Assembly (NCBI GenBank): GCA_934157205.1 | Contig: CAKPHJ010000005.1 | Location: 52 to 64,051, forward strand | Direction of reading: 5' to 3' | Origin: an uncultured Clostridia bacterium | GTDB taxonomy: Bacteria; Bacillota; Clostridia; TANB77; CAG-508 | DNA: 64,000 bases | In this document: positions 9,083-20,100 of the stretch, piece after piece | Numbering within the stretch: position 1 is the stretch's first letter | Layout: every line of letters begins with the position of its first letter | The notes under the pieces: model-generated | What the model was told of the DNA's origin: nothing | Databases searched by the model: none | What the model saw: only the letters and a program-made list of their open reading frames with translations | Made by a program: the position numbers and the translations under genes

Positions 9083-9104
9083 TACTGCTATTCGGAGGAA
9101 TAAT

Positions 9105-10007
9105 ATGTTTGAAAGTATAAAAAGAAATAAAATTGAGTCTGGAATTATAGTTACAATATTTACAATTGTTATAACATTAATAATATACTATATATGTCAT
9201 GCACTAGAACTAGGAACATTATCAATTTTTATAGCTTTAACCTTTTCTATAGCTTCTGCTTGGGGGTCTTATTATTATAGTGATAAAATTGTTTTGTCTA
9301 TGAGTAAAGCAAGACCTGCTACAAGAGAAGAAGACTTAAAACTGGTTAATATTTTAGATGCATTAATGGTGTCTTCTGGTTTAACTACTAAACCTAAATT
9401 ATATGTTGTAGATGATTTACAACCAAATGCTTTTGCAACTGGTAGAAATCCTGAAAATGCTGTAATTTGTGTAACAACTGGTTTATTAGAAAAGCTTAAT
9501 TATTATGAATTAGAAGGAGTTATTGCTCATGAATTAAGCCATATTAAAAATTATGACATAAGATTATCTTGTGTGGTTTCTGTTATGGTTGGTTTTATAG
9601 TTATGCTTTCTGATATGTTTTCTAGAGCGTTATTTTGGGGCGGTTTAGATGACAGAGATAATGATAATAAAGGCAATGGTTTTCTTATGGTTTTAGGTTT
9701 AATTTTTTTAATATTATCTCCTATTTTTGGTTCTTTAATGCAACTTGCTTTATCAAGAAAAAGAGAATTTTTAGCAGATAGTACTGCTGTTGAATTTACA
9801 CGTAATCCAGATGGTTTAATATCTGCTTTGGAGAAATTAGAAAATGACCCTAATCAATTAGAAACTGCTAATAGTGCTACAGCAAATATGTATATTATTA
9901 ATCCTTTTAAAAAAAATACTAAAGAGGGAAAGAAAAAAACTTCAAATATTTGGTCTACACATCCAAGTACAGCTGATAGAATTGAAGCATTAAAAAATTT
10001 AAGATAA
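9105..10007 (+). CDS. htpX: Zinc metalloprotease HtpX (M48 family)
   Basis: The track ORF starts at 8934 inside lemA. ATG 9105 (MFESIKRNK) has a GGAGG RBS at 9094-9098. HELSHI zinc motif, 4 TM segments, QPNAFATG motif. The lemA-htpX pairing is common. Confidence 0.9.
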   Translation: MFESIKRNKIESGIIVTIFTIVITLIIYYICHALELGTLSIFIALTFSIASAWGSYYYSDKIVLSMSKARPATREEDLKLVNILDALMVSSGLTTKPKLYVVDDLQPNAFATGRNPENAVICVTTGLLEKLNYYELEGVIAHELSHIKNYDIRLSCVVSVMVGFIVMLSDMFSRALFWGGLDDRDNDNKGNGFLMVLGLIFLILSPIFGSLMQLALSRKREFLADSTAVEFTRNPDGLISALEKLENDPNQLETANSATANMYIINPFKKNTKEGKKKTSNIWSTHPSTADRIEALKNLR

Positions 10008-10057
10008 AAATATAACCTATTTATATGAAAATTTATTTTTTAAAATTTTCGTACAGC

Positions 10058-10111
10058 ATATTTATATTATAGGAAGCTTTTTAAAACTCCTATAATATAA
10101 ATATTTTTTTT
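10058..10111 (+). terminator. Intrinsic terminator of lemA-htpX (its stem overlaps the tatD stop codon)
   Basis: 17-bp perfect stem ATATTTATATTATAGGA / TCCTATAATATAAATAT (10058-10074 / 10088-10104) followed by a T-run. Confidence 0.7.
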
Positions 10112-10866
10112 GCATTATTCATTGTTATTTGTGCTATTTCTTCAATTTTCATTTCTTTATATTCTGCTATTTTTTCTGCAATATATTTTACATTTCGAGG
10201 ATCATTTCTTTTTCCTCTTAAAGGTTCTGGTGACAAATAAGGACTGTCTGTTTCAATTAACATTTTTTCTAATGGAACCATATTTACTATTTCTTTTGCA
10301 TTTTTAGAATTTTTGAATGTTATTGGTCCAGCAAATGAAATATAAAATCCAAGTTTTAATGCTTCTTTTACTAGTTCTCTATTTAATGGACAACAATGAA
10401 ATACTCCCTTTTTTTCTACAGGGTTTTGTTTTAATATTTGTATTGTATCCATTATTGCTTCTCTTGTATGTATAACTATTGGCAATTTTAATTCATTAGC
10501 TATTTTTATTTGTTCTATAAATACTTGTTTTTGAATATCTTTATTTTCTTTATTCCAATAGTAGTCTAAACCAATTTCACCTATTGCAACTACTTTAGAA
10601 CTTGTTTTTGCTATTTCTTTTATTTCACTTAGAGTTTTCCACATTTCTTCTTCAGTTTGTGGAATATCATTTGGGGAAATTCCACTAGTTGTGTATATAA
10701 AATCATATTTTTTTGCAAGTTCTAAACCTTTTTTTGAAGCTTCTAAGCTATAACCTGCTGAAATAAAATTTTCTATTCCAAATTTTTTTATTTGTTGTAT
10801 TATTTCGTCTCTGTCTTCATTAAATTTTTCATCATCTAAATGTGCATGACTATCAAAAAATTTCAT
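10090..10866 (-). CDS. tatD: TatD family metal-dependent hydrolase/DNase
   Basis: 258 aa. MKFFDSHAHLDD..., GEIGLDYYW, PIVIHTREA and ETDSPYL are the canonical TatD/YabD motifs. Confidence 0.92.
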   Translation of the reverse strand: MKFFDSHAHLDDEKFNEDRDEIIQQIKKFGIENFISAGYSLEASKKGLELAKKYDFIYTTSGISPNDIPQTEEEMWKTLSEIKEIAKTSSKVVAIGEIGLDYYWNKENKDIQKQVFIEQIKIANELKLPIVIHTREAIMDTIQILKQNPVEKKGVFHCCPLNRELVKEALKLGFYISFAGPITFKNSKNAKEIVNMVPLEKMLIETDSPYLSPEPLRGKRNDPRNVKYIAEKIAEYKEMKIEEIAQITMNNAKKIFIL

Positions 10867-10897
10867 TTTTATTAACCCATAATTCCTTTCTTAGTTC

Positions 10898-11281
10898 TTA
10901 TGTAAGTACTACAACATTTGCAACAGCATAATTTCTACAGTGTGAAATACTTAAATCTATGCTTTTTATATTTTTAAGCTTTTTTGCTATTTCTTCATTT
11001 ATAATTTTTACAACTGGTTTTCCGTTTTTGTCGTTTTCTACTTCTATATCTTTCCAACTTATTGAATATTTGTCATTTAATTGATTTGCTATTGCTTTGA
11101 ACATTGCTTCTTTAGCAGCAAATCTTGCTGCATAATGTTGATATTTTTGATTTTTTTTAGATTCACAATATTCTATTTCTTTTTTGGTGTATATTCTTTG
11201 TGTGAATTTGTCTTCTAAAGTTTCTATGCTTTCTTTAATTCTATCTATTTCTATTATATCTATTCCACAATTTACATTCAT
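10898..11281 (-). CDS. acpS: Holo-[acyl-carrier-protein] synthase
   Basis: The motifs CGIDIIEIDRI...FAAKEAMFKA...ISHCRNYAVANVV are typical of AcpS. The likely start is ATG 11281 (MNVNCGID, AGAAAGG RBS). The track ORF extends to 11311. Confidence 0.88.
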   Translation of the reverse strand: MNVNCGIDIIEIDRIKESIETLEDKFTQRIYTKKEIEYCESKKNQKYQHYAARFAAKEAMFKAIANQLNDKYSISWKDIEVENDKNGKPVVKIINEEIAKKLKNIKSIDLSISHCRNYAVANVVVLT

Positions 11282-11334
11282 TTTTTTGCCTTTCTTTATT
11301 ATATTTATCAAAATGACAAAATGTAATTTTTTAT

Positions 11335-12600
11335 TTAACTTTTCCCTAATTCTATAAAATTTAGTATATTAAATATTAATGAAATTACTAATGTTACAGC
11401 TATAAATATTGTTATTTTTCTATCTTTTTCTATGTTAAGTTCTTTGTATAGTGTGTCATATTTCATTTTTGTTTCTGTATATAATTTGTCTAGTTCAAAT
11501 ACTTCTTGTAATTTATGACTTAAGATTGTACCTGTTTCATCTTCTGTTATTTCTTGAATCCATAGGTTTTTAGTAAATTCTATAAATCTTTTTCTTGCTA
11601 TTTTTACTTTGTTTGGATTTTTAAATTCTGTATTTATTTTTTTTAAGTATATTTTTTTATATAAATTTAAAATATATGTATAAAAATATTGTCCTTCATA
11701 TTCTTCTGGTAAAATTGTATAGTTATTCATATCTGCACTAGATGCAAAAAGCATTATTCCTAGTTTAGATAAGCCGAGTTTTGCATATTTCCATTTAGAA
11801 AATGTTTCTGATTCGTTATATTCTATTTTTTTTATGCTATCAGCTGGATATATATTTACATATTTTAAATATTGTTCTTTTATATTTTCAAAATTGTTTG
11901 TTAGGTTCCAACTTGCTTCGTCAATACATACATATGAATATGTTAAAAATCTTTCTGTATCTAAATTAAGTTTTGTTGCTTCTATATTTGAACCAGTAAT
12001 ATTATATATAAATTCTTTAAATGTTTCTATGTCTGAAAAACTGTCTGTTTGAATTCTAATATTGTCATATGTGTTTAAGTCTGCTACTTCGTTATTTATG
12101 TCTCTAAATTTGTAGTTAAAGTTTAAAATGTTTGAAAAGTCTTTATAGTCTTCTAGGTTTGTTTTTATTGCTAAAAAACAAATTCCTGTATTAAAACAAA
12201 TTATTTGTATGTTTTGTATGTTAAAAAATATCCCGTTTTTTTCACCAATTTTTCCTTGAATGTCTTTTTTTAGTTCATATTCAAATATATTGCAAGCATA
12301 TTTGCTTAAAATTGCTGCTCTTGTTTCTACTGGTAATTCGTCTAAATTGTTTAATTTATTTTTATCAAATGTAAAACTAGAAAACAAGAATTCTTTTATT
12401 TTTGGTAAAAAATATTTGTACATTCTTATATCTTTTTCTTTTTGAAATACTTTTAATTTGCATTTTTTATCTTTTAATAATTTTAAAAGATATTTTTGAT
12501 ATTTTCCTTCGTTTATTACAAAAGGATATATAAAATATGTGTATTGATAATTTGTCTTTAGTTCCATTTCTGTTTCATTCCTTTCTTCATTTGTTAGCAT
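11335..12600 (-). CDS. Hypothetical protein with a C-terminal transmembrane anchor
   Basis: 421-aa ORF with compact spacing in the minus-strand gene string and a single C-terminal TM segment (ITIFIAVTLVISLIFNILNFI). I do not recognise a family. Confidence 0.6.
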   Translation of the reverse strand: MLTNEERNETEMELKTNYQYTYFIYPFVINEGKYQKYLLKLLKDKKCKLKVFQKEKDIRMYKYFLPKIKEFLFSSFTFDKNKLNNLDELPVETRAAILSKYACNIFEYELKKDIQGKIGEKNGIFFNIQNIQIICFNTGICFLAIKTNLEDYKDFSNILNFNYKFRDINNEVADLNTYDNIRIQTDSFSDIETFKEFIYNITGSNIEATKLNLDTERFLTYSYVCIDEASWNLTNNFENIKEQYLKYVNIYPADSIKKIEYNESETFSKWKYAKLGLSKLGIMLFASSADMNNYTILPEEYEGQYFYTYILNLYKKIYLKKINTEFKNPNKVKIARKRFIEFTKNLWIQEITEDETGTILSHKLQEVFELDKLYTETKMKYDTLYKELNIEKDRKITIFIAVTLVISLIFNILNFIELGKS

Positions 12601-12610
12601 ATTTTTATAA

Positions 12611-14140
12611 TTACATTTGATTGTAATAGTTCATATTTATGTCTTTTCCATAGTGCCATCTTCCAATGAAATCTATTTTTAAATAATCGTCTAATTCATA
12701 TGTTGGTTCTTGTACAATATTACCGTTTTTATCAATGCTTCCCCATTTTCCGTCTTTTTTTACTGCGGAAAATCCAAATGAGTTTTGTTCTACTGCATCA
12801 TCGTAAATGTAGTCTACTATAACTTTTCCATTTTTGTCTACAAAGCCATATTTCCCGTCTTTTTTGCTCAAATATAATGTATTATTAGAGTTTATATCTT
12901 TTTCACTTTCTTCTGCAAATTTATAATTGTAATATTTATATTCATTTTCTTGTCTTATTTTTATATAGCCTTTTTCATCATTCATATCTACTAAAATTCC
13001 AGATAATCTTACTTCATATTGATTGTCTATTATTTCGTTATTAAATTCGTTGTCTTCTGCAATATATATATCTGCTTTTTCGTTATATGTTATTGTGGTA
13101 TATTTAAAGTCTACTTTTATATTGTTGTTTATGTCTATTATTCCATATTTTCCGTCTTTGTTTGCAATGAAAACTCCTGTTTTTGATTCTTTTAAGTATT
13201 GATATTCTGGGTTTATTTTAATTTCCCCAGTTATTTTCATAACACCATATTTTCCATTTTTCATGAAGATTATGCCATTTTCACTGTTTTTTAATATTTC
13301 TGTTATATTGTCAAATCCTTGGCTTAAAATTTCTGTTCCATCTTGTTTTATTAAAACTTGTTTGCCATCTTTTTTTACAACATACATATCATTTCCATAA
13401 ACTTTTGCTATTTCGTCATATTTTGTTTCTAATACGGTTTGGTTTGAATAGTCTATAATTCCAAATTTTCCGTCTTGTCCTTTTACAATAAATCCAGATT
13501 TATTGTCTTTTCCAAGATTTATTATGTCTTCATAATTTGTTTGTACTATAATTTTTCCTTGATTATCTATTATGCCCCATTTCTCGTTTTCTTTTACTTT
13601 TAATGCATTTTTTATTCCTGGAACAGCAGTAATTTCTTCATATTTTATTTGAGATAATTCTTTTCCTGTTAAATCTATTATTCCATATTTGTCGTCTTTT
13701 TTTACTTTTAATACATTTTCTTCGTTCCATAAATTGTTGTTTTCGTCTGAATTTTGTATTGCTTCAATTTTATCATATTGTGTAAATATTTCTTCATTTT
13801 TAGAATTTAATGCTTTTGTTTTATATTCTCCTGTTTCATAATTTACATCATACACACATAGGAAAACATCTTTTTTGCTGTTTGGTATTGTAATTGCTTC
13901 TTTATAAGATGGATCTATGACTATATCTCCATTTTGGTCAATTACTCCCCATTTTTCGTCTTTATATGCTGCAAAGTAATCTTTACTCGTAATTTTGCCT
14001 TGTTCTTTGTTTTTACTTAGTATTCCTTTTATTACAAATATAACCATTATTACAACTACAAATGCTATAATTACTGCAAAAACTTTTTTCATATTTAGTT
14101 TTGGTTCTTCATACCTTCTTCCTCTATTTGCTCTTCCCAT
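12611..14140 (-). CDS. WG-repeat (KWG) containing membrane-anchored protein
   Basis: 509 aa with an N-terminal TM anchor. It has at least 8 repeats of the K(W/Y/F)G(I/V/F)(I/V)D..G..(I/V) type (KWGVIDQNGDIVI, KYGIIDLTGKE, KWGIIDNQGKIIV, KYGFVDKNGKVIV, KWGSIDKNGNIV). Confidence 0.85.
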   Translation of the reverse strand: MGRANRGRRYEEPKLNMKKVFAVIIAFVVVIMVIFVIKGILSKNKEQGKITSKDYFAAYKDEKWGVIDQNGDIVIDPSYKEAITIPNSKKDVFLCVYDVNYETGEYKTKALNSKNEEIFTQYDKIEAIQNSDENNNLWNEENVLKVKKDDKYGIIDLTGKELSQIKYEEITAVPGIKNALKVKENEKWGIIDNQGKIIVQTNYEDIINLGKDNKSGFIVKGQDGKFGIIDYSNQTVLETKYDEIAKVYGNDMYVVKKDGKQVLIKQDGTEILSQGFDNITEILKNSENGIIFMKNGKYGVMKITGEIKINPEYQYLKESKTGVFIANKDGKYGIIDINNNIKVDFKYTTITYNEKADIYIAEDNEFNNEIIDNQYEVRLSGILVDMNDEKGYIKIRQENEYKYYNYKFAEESEKDINSNNTLYLSKKDGKYGFVDKNGKVIVDYIYDDAVEQNSFGFSAVKKDGKWGSIDKNGNIVQEPTYELDDYLKIDFIGRWHYGKDINMNYYNQM

Positions 14141-14173
14141 TATGTTTCCTCCTTTTTGTGCATATTAAATTAT

Positions 14174-16585
14174 TTATTTTTTTATAAATTTACATGCAAT
14201 TACACTCATATCATCTTTTACTACGCCAAAATTGTTGTCTATTGCTTCATTTATTAATAAACTTGATACTTTTTTAGTATTTGTTGTTTCTATATCTTCT
14301 AAAACATATTTAACCCATAGTTCTTTATTTTTGTATTCAATATTTGCATCTAAAATTCCGTCTGAACACATAACCATAATATCTCCTGAAGCTATGTCTT
14401 TATCTAGTGTTTGAATATTGTGTTCTCCTACTATTCCTGTTGGTAATGATTCTGCTTTTATTATTTGAACATTTTTCTTGTTTTTTATGTAAGTTGGACA
14501 AGCTCCGCTTTTTATAAATTCAATATTTCCTTCGTATAAATCAACAATAGCAATGTCCATTGTTGCAAATATTTCTTTGCTTTGATTCATTAATGCTGTA
14601 TTTATTAGATCTATTGATATTTCTTTGTCAAACCCTGACAATAATAAATTTTCTAACATTCTTAATACTTGCATACTACTTTCTTTTGCTAGTTTTCCTG
14701 TTCCCATTCCATCACTAAGAGCTACTAAATATTTTCCGTCTTTTAATCTAATATTTAAAATGCTATCACCTGAAACTTCGCTTTTACTTTTTGTCATATC
14801 TGATGTAGCAATAGACATTTCGAATTTATCATCTGATAAAAAGTTTAGCTTTCTTCCTATGCTTGTGTCTCCATTTAAAACTATTTTTTCTTTTAATGTT
14901 TTTGTTAATAATTTTTCTATTGTGTTTATTTCTTCTGGTTCAATTACATTTTTTAAATATACTTCTATTATATATCTTCCAGATTTTTTTATTGTTAGGT
15001 CTTCAATTTTTATTGATTTTTGTTTGATAAGTTCCATTATTTCAGATTTTTCTTTTTCATATTGTGATTCATTTTCAATTTCTTCTTCTATTCCTTTTGC
15101 CATTTTTTTAATTGCTCTGGAAACCTGATTTAATTGTTTACCCATGTTTTTATTGTTTTCTTCTACTTTTTTTCTCCAAATAAAATCAGATTTGCTTACT
15201 TTATATGATGTATTTATTGTTCTAACCATTTGTGCTATATTTTCTTCTAGGTAATTGCTTATTTCTTTATCATTAAAGCCAACAATATAGCTATTACATT
15301 CTGCAAATATTTTCAAAAGTGTTTCTCTATTTATTTCTTGCTTTTCTAATAGTGTTTGAAATATTTTTTCTATTATAGGTCCATTTACATTTGCAATATC
15401 TTCATATAAGATATTTGTTTTGTATGGCTCTAAATTGTTTAGTAATTCTGTTATAAAAATTTGCTTGTTTGTCTCATTTTCTGGTTGCTCTAATTCTTTG
15501 TTTTCTTCTTGTTTGTATGTACTTGCCATTTCTTGTATTGCTTCTGAAACTTGGTTTAGGTTTTCTGCTACTTCTTTACTTTTATTTAGTGTTTTATCTG
15601 ATGTTATTGGTAAAAATTTTTCGTTACCAATAAATTCTTCTAAATTTATTTTGAAATTGTTTGGTATTGCAAGTAATCCAATAGATGCTATTAGTATTTC
15701 TTTAAAGTGTATTAATTCTACTGTGTAACCATTAGAAACATATGCTAATATTATATTTCCTAATGTAAAACCAATTACTACTCCTATTTTGCCGAATCTA
15801 CTTAAAATTCCAGCTATCATTCCTGATATTGCATATGCTGCTATCATTATTGGCTCTGAACCTGTTATTATACCTAATGTTATGCCAACTGTTACTCCAG
15901 TTGTTGTACCAACTAATATTCCATTTTTCCAACCTAATATCATTACTATTAATATGCTTAATACATTTTTTATTTGTATTCCATATATGTTTACATTACC
16001 AAATGCTCCAATAGCTATTGCAAGTAATAAACTTGCCCCTACTAATTCTTCTATTGAAAATGCTTTTCTCATGTTTAAATCTTGTAATACTACTATTGAG
16101 TTTACAAATATTTTATAAAATATTAGTGCCATTATTGAAAGTATTATTCCTGATAGTACATCATATGTAGTAAAACTTGACATTGCAAATTTTATAATTT
16201 GTATTAAAATAACTGATATAAAAACATTTTTTCCAACTTTTATTTTTTCGTTTCTTTCGCTTTCATTGTACATTGGTTTTGCTATAAATAGTGTAATTGT
16301 TAAAATTAGCGTTGTTATAAAATATGCTGTAGCTCCACCTACTCCATATTTTATTAAATTTCCTATTAATGATACTATTATTACACCTAAAGCAGGAACT
16401 GATGATGCAAAACATGCACCTAACATACTAATACTAAATATTGAAAAATCTTCACTTATACTTACTAATGATAATAAAAATGAAATTATATATACTAATA
16501 TATTTTTTTTAGAAAATATGCTAAAAATTAAGTTCCTTTCCATTTTTATTGTGTTTTCATTTATATTTTGAAACATCCTTACCAC
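14174..16585 (-). CDS. spoIIE: Stage II sporulation protein E (PP2C-type phosphatase)
   Basis: 803 aa. It has ~10 N-terminal TM segments, a central regulatory region and a C-terminal PP2C domain (VALSDGMGTG...MCSDGILD...DDMSVIA). Confidence 0.9.
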   Translation of the reverse strand: MVRMFQNINENTIKMERNLIFSIFSKKNILVYIISFLLSLVSISEDFSIFSISMLGACFASSVPALGVIIVSLIGNLIKYGVGGATAYFITTLILTITLFIAKPMYNESERNEKIKVGKNVFISVILIQIIKFAMSSFTTYDVLSGIILSIMALIFYKIFVNSIVVLQDLNMRKAFSIEELVGASLLLAIAIGAFGNVNIYGIQIKNVLSILIVMILGWKNGILVGTTTGVTVGITLGIITGSEPIMIAAYAISGMIAGILSRFGKIGVVIGFTLGNIILAYVSNGYTVELIHFKEILIASIGLLAIPNNFKINLEEFIGNEKFLPITSDKTLNKSKEVAENLNQVSEAIQEMASTYKQEENKELEQPENETNKQIFITELLNNLEPYKTNILYEDIANVNGPIIEKIFQTLLEKQEINRETLLKIFAECNSYIVGFNDKEISNYLEENIAQMVRTINTSYKVSKSDFIWRKKVEENNKNMGKQLNQVSRAIKKMAKGIEEEIENESQYEKEKSEIMELIKQKSIKIEDLTIKKSGRYIIEVYLKNVIEPEEINTIEKLLTKTLKEKIVLNGDTSIGRKLNFLSDDKFEMSIATSDMTKSKSEVSGDSILNIRLKDGKYLVALSDGMGTGKLAKESSMQVLRMLENLLLSGFDKEISIDLINTALMNQSKEIFATMDIAIVDLYEGNIEFIKSGACPTYIKNKKNVQIIKAESLPTGIVGEHNIQTLDKDIASGDIMVMCSDGILDANIEYKNKELWVKYVLEDIETTNTKKVSSLLINEAIDNNFGVVKDDMSVIACKFIKK

Positions 16586-16776
16586 CTCTTCTTTTTATAT
16601 GCTTATTTTACTACTTGTCCTTTGTGGTTTTTGTCTTTTTTAGTCTTTTACATTAAAAAACTTTTTTACAATTTTTGATAATTATTTTTTGTTTATTATT
16701 TTTATTAACTTTTTTCTCATATATTTTATTACATATTGTCAAAAAAAGCAATATGTATGTAAGTTATATTCTATAA

Positions 16777-17044
16777 AGACTAGTTGCAGAATAATGGTTT
16801 AGCAAAAATTAGTATAAGAAAACATTGAACTATAATTTTTAAATTCAATGACGAATGTGAATGGAAAAATTTTAGAAATTCTTACGAAATTTTCTGGAAA
16901 GAGTTCGCGAATAGCGGAAGGGTGCCAGAAAATAAGTTAGAATTTCTTAAATTTTGTAATAAGCCGAGGAATTGACATTTCAAAATTATAGTTCAATGTT
17001 TTCTTATACTAATTTTTGCTAAACCATTATTCTGCAACTAGTCT
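16777..17044. repeat. ~268-bp palindromic element with 63-bp perfect inverted arms (MITE-like or giant hairpin)
   Basis: Left arm AGACTAGTTGCAGAATAATGGTTTAGCAAAAATTAGTATAAGAAAACATTGAACTATAATTTT (~16777-16839) is the exact reverse complement of ~16982-17044. The ~142-nt centre is itself an imperfect palindrome (AGAAATTCTTACGAAATTTTCTGG / CCAGAAAATAAGTTAGAATTTCT). Confidence 0.85.
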
Positions 17045-17122
17045 AAAAAAAATTCTAATTATAATAAATATGGCTGTAAAAAAGTTGCTTACTAAAATTA
17101 GTAAACAACTTTTTTAATTTTA

Positions 17123-20100
17123 TTATAATATTTTTTTCTTAATTATAACTATACCTACAGCTATAACTGCTAATGAAGCAATACTTATTCCAGCTATTAT
17201 TACATTTTTATTTCCATTTCCACCTGTATTTGGTACCACATTAACTGGTGGAGCTTGATCATCGTCTGGTTCTCTTGTGTCTGATTTTGCTGGATCATAG
17301 TTTCCTGGTATTTCTTCATGTAATTTTCTTGGTGTATCTGAATGTATTTTTACGATTTCTACGTCATTTCCTACGCTTATTTCATCTTTATTTGCTAATA
17401 AACCTGATACACTTAATTTTACACCTGTGCTACTTGTTTGTCCTATTTGAAGTTCTTCATTTGCCAATGCTTTTGTATATAATAGAACTTTTGAGTCTAA
17501 TCCAGTACTTTTATATACTTCTTCTGATACTAATTGAGAATTTTCTATTCCTGATATTCCGTTTTTTAATTCATCTTTTGTTATTTTTATCCATGTATTG
17601 TCTTGTGTTTCTATATCTAGTCCTTTATCCATATAGTCTATTATTCCTAATGCTTTCATTTTGCTTGTTTGTTCTCCATTTATTTCTCCATATAGATAAT
17701 ATTCTTTTGTATTATAGTCTAATTCACTATTATTTTTTGCTTTTACTACATATGTTATTTTTAATACTGAACCTTGAATTAATTCGTCATCTGTTTCAAT
17801 TTTAATGTTTCCTGGATTTCCATTTAAGTATGTTAAACTTCCTTTAGTTTGTCCTGCAGATGATGTATGGTCTGGGTTTTTTATACCATTTTCATCTATA
17901 TCTACATTTAATAATTCTTGTCCATTTGCTAAATTTAGTTTTACATTAGAAACTTCTTTTTCTGCAATGATTTGTTGTCTAGGTCTTTCTATAATACCAA
18001 AATCAATGTTTTCAATATCATATTGTAAAGAAGAATTTAATTTAGATGCATCTGTTTCAGTTCCTTCAGTGTTTTCAACTTCTATAGATATTTTTGGTGT
18101 ACTAGAGTCCATTTTATCTGTATCATTTATTGTTGTACTGTAGTCTATAGTTTGACTATTTTGATTGTCAAGTGCTGTTCTTGTGTCATAATTATCCATT
18201 GCGTCTTGGTATCTTGTTTGGCTATCTTTTTTGTACCATTTTTCATCGTTTTGTCTGTCTTTATTAGGATAAATTGTACTTTTATATTCGTTTGCATTAT
18301 AGGTACTGTCTCCCCATATATATGTTATTTTGTAATTACCTGGTACAAAGTTGCTTAATGTGTATTTACCATTTTCATCTGTTGTTGTTTCAGCAAATAT
18401 TTTGCTATTATCTTCTGAATCTACTAATCTTACTGTTACATTTTTTATTCCTGGTTCACCAATATCGTATGTTCCATTTCCTTTTCTTTCTTCTCCTACT
18501 TTTGTTTCTGATGAAACACCTTTATTGTCTTCAAATACCATTCCTTCTATTGTTCTAGTTCCTGCATTTGATAATTTAAATAATGGTGCTTTGTCTGTGT
18601 CGTCTTCTGAAGGAGTTTGTGTAGTTATATTGTAATTTCCTGGTGTTGAGTCTTTGTCAAATCCTGCATATAAGTTTTGTCCATTTTCATCACTGAAATA
18701 TGTTTGAGAATTTATTTCTACAACATTATCAAGTGCTTCATTATTGTTCATTATTTTAGAAACAGTGTTTTTGCCAATTTCAAATTTAACATATATGCTG
18801 TCATTGTCATTCATTACGCTTTGATGTTTTATAATTGTTTGAGATGGGTATATTGTCATTTTTCTATATGTATTTCCATTTGCATTTATTTCTTCACTAT
18901 TGTTCCATTTTAATTCTCCTGTTATTTCGTTTCCGTCTACTCCTGTTCCTACTTTTACAACATTATAGTCACTATCATAGTAGTCTACTATGCTTCCAAC
19001 TTTTGCACTTAAACTTGTTGAATCATTTTTTACAGCTATTTTGTATATTACATATACTTTTAATTCATCTGATCCAGTATATTCTATGTCAGATGGATAT
19101 ATTGGTTGTGTATAACTGTTTGTAAATTTGCTCTTAAATTCTACAGTCCATTCAGATTGTTGTAAATCTTCTGGTTCTTTAAATCTGTCTGCATAATTAT
19201 ATGTGTATGTTTTTCCATTTATAGATACTTGTGATTTTAGTACATCTTTTAATATTGCTAAATCTGGTTGTTCTCTTTCTCCTAGTCCTAAATTCATATT
19301 TTTTATTTCTGCTTTTACACCATTTTCAGTTGAAATTTCCATATAATCTGCAAGTGTACAACCTGCTGTTTTTGTATCTGCTGTCATATTAAAGCTTGTA
19401 ACTTTTTGTCCAGCTTCTTGTGTAGAATATTGTTTGTTTGTTTGATTTCTTAATTGTGCATTTTCTTTAGCTCTTGAAGCATTTGTTATATTTTTGCTTA
19501 TATTTGGTGTTACACTTTCATATATCATTCCATTAAAAGTAAATTCTACTTTTAATTCACTACTTTTTATTGTTTCAATTGGCACAAGTTCAAATTTGTA
19601 TTCACCATTTGAATTTGTTGTTGTGTTTTTAACTTCTGTATTTCCATTTTTTAATACTACTTTTATACCTTCTATTTTATCTTCATTTTGATCATATCTA
19701 TCATTTTTTTCTGATTTTTTACCAGCAATATAATCTTTCCATACAAATCCAGATATATCTGCATAACTTATTTCATTTTCCATTGTTTGAGTAATTGTTT
19801 TTCCTTCTTGTGTTACTTTTACAGTTATTGTATTTCCTATTTTGAAATATTTATTACCACCTGTTGATATTTCAGTTATTTTGTATGTTCCTAAAGGTAA
19901 ATTTGTTAGTGTTGCTTCACCATTACTGTTTGTTGTAAATGTTCTTGTTGTATTATATTTTTGGTTTATTTCACTAGTATTTGCATATGAAGGCAAGTCT
20001 AAAGATTGTGGTTCTATTTTAAATGAGAAGTTAGAAAGTTTTATATTTGTATTTCCTTTTACTACTTTAATAAATTTGATGTTTCCAAGTTTTATTCTGT

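Noticed and set aside
8934-9104. The 5' extension of the htpX ORF (track start 8934) overlapping the 3' end of lemA.
   Set aside because: The extension is out of frame with lemA and encodes implausible sequence. ATG 9105 has a GGAGG RBS and gives the normal HtpX N-terminus.
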